Positions 63,821-64,000 of a DNA stretch of 64,000 nucleotides are shown in pieces. The stretch comes from Ramazzottius varieornatus (Eukaryota > Animalia > Tardigrada). The DNA is taken from the NCBI GenBank assembly GCA_001949185.1, contig BDGG01000012.1, forward strand, positions 674,973 to 738,972, read 5' to 3'. A model generated the notes under the pieces. That model saw nothing but the letters and a program-made list of their open reading frames with translations, was not told the DNA's origin and ran no database searches. The position numbers and the translations under genes are program-made. Positions within the stretch are counted from its first letter, which is position 1; each line of letters opens with the position of its first letter.

Positions 63821-64000
63821 GTAAGTTTACACCAACCTTCGTCTTACAAGTTACAACGATACGGTACCTCTGTGATTTTGTCATGGTATGGATATCTCGG
63901 TAGTCGGTACAAACATGTGTGCTGGGATTTGTTGGGCAGCTCCTGATCAGTGTGATGAGGCATATGCACGTTTGCCCTTGTGTAATTTTCCATGTTTCAG

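Overview
Eukaryotic (animal) DNA, about 47% GC by eye, gene-dense, with mostly very short (about 50-100 nt) GT-AG introns. This resembles a compact invertebrate genome such as a tardigrade (inference only). Host genes: 3' part of a divergent Sec23, GLCE, an SLC16/MCT transporter, a masquerade-like non-catalytic serine protease homolog, a divergent beta-catenin/armadillo paralog, MECR, a secreted Cys-rich/Gln-rich protein, a NOSTRIN-like F-BAR/SH3 protein, pelota, a 4-TM protein, ESS2/DGCR14, BUD31 and a probable first exon at the right edge. Two TE-rich blocks (about 12-24 kb and 56-62 kb) hold an RT-less LINE derivative with an RGG-rich 3' ORF and a second 5'-truncated copy, a DIRS/Ngaro gag fragment, a MULE carrying a Ulp1-like protease remnant, nested pogo/Tigger remnants and several MITEs. 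The most striking unexplained pattern is a family of about 120-nt fold-back elements (core AGTGGCGCAC...GTGCGCCACT). I found 12 copies, all inside introns, in 7 host genes. Several show copy-specific changes shared by both arms. Exon boundaries and identities were read by eye and are approximate.
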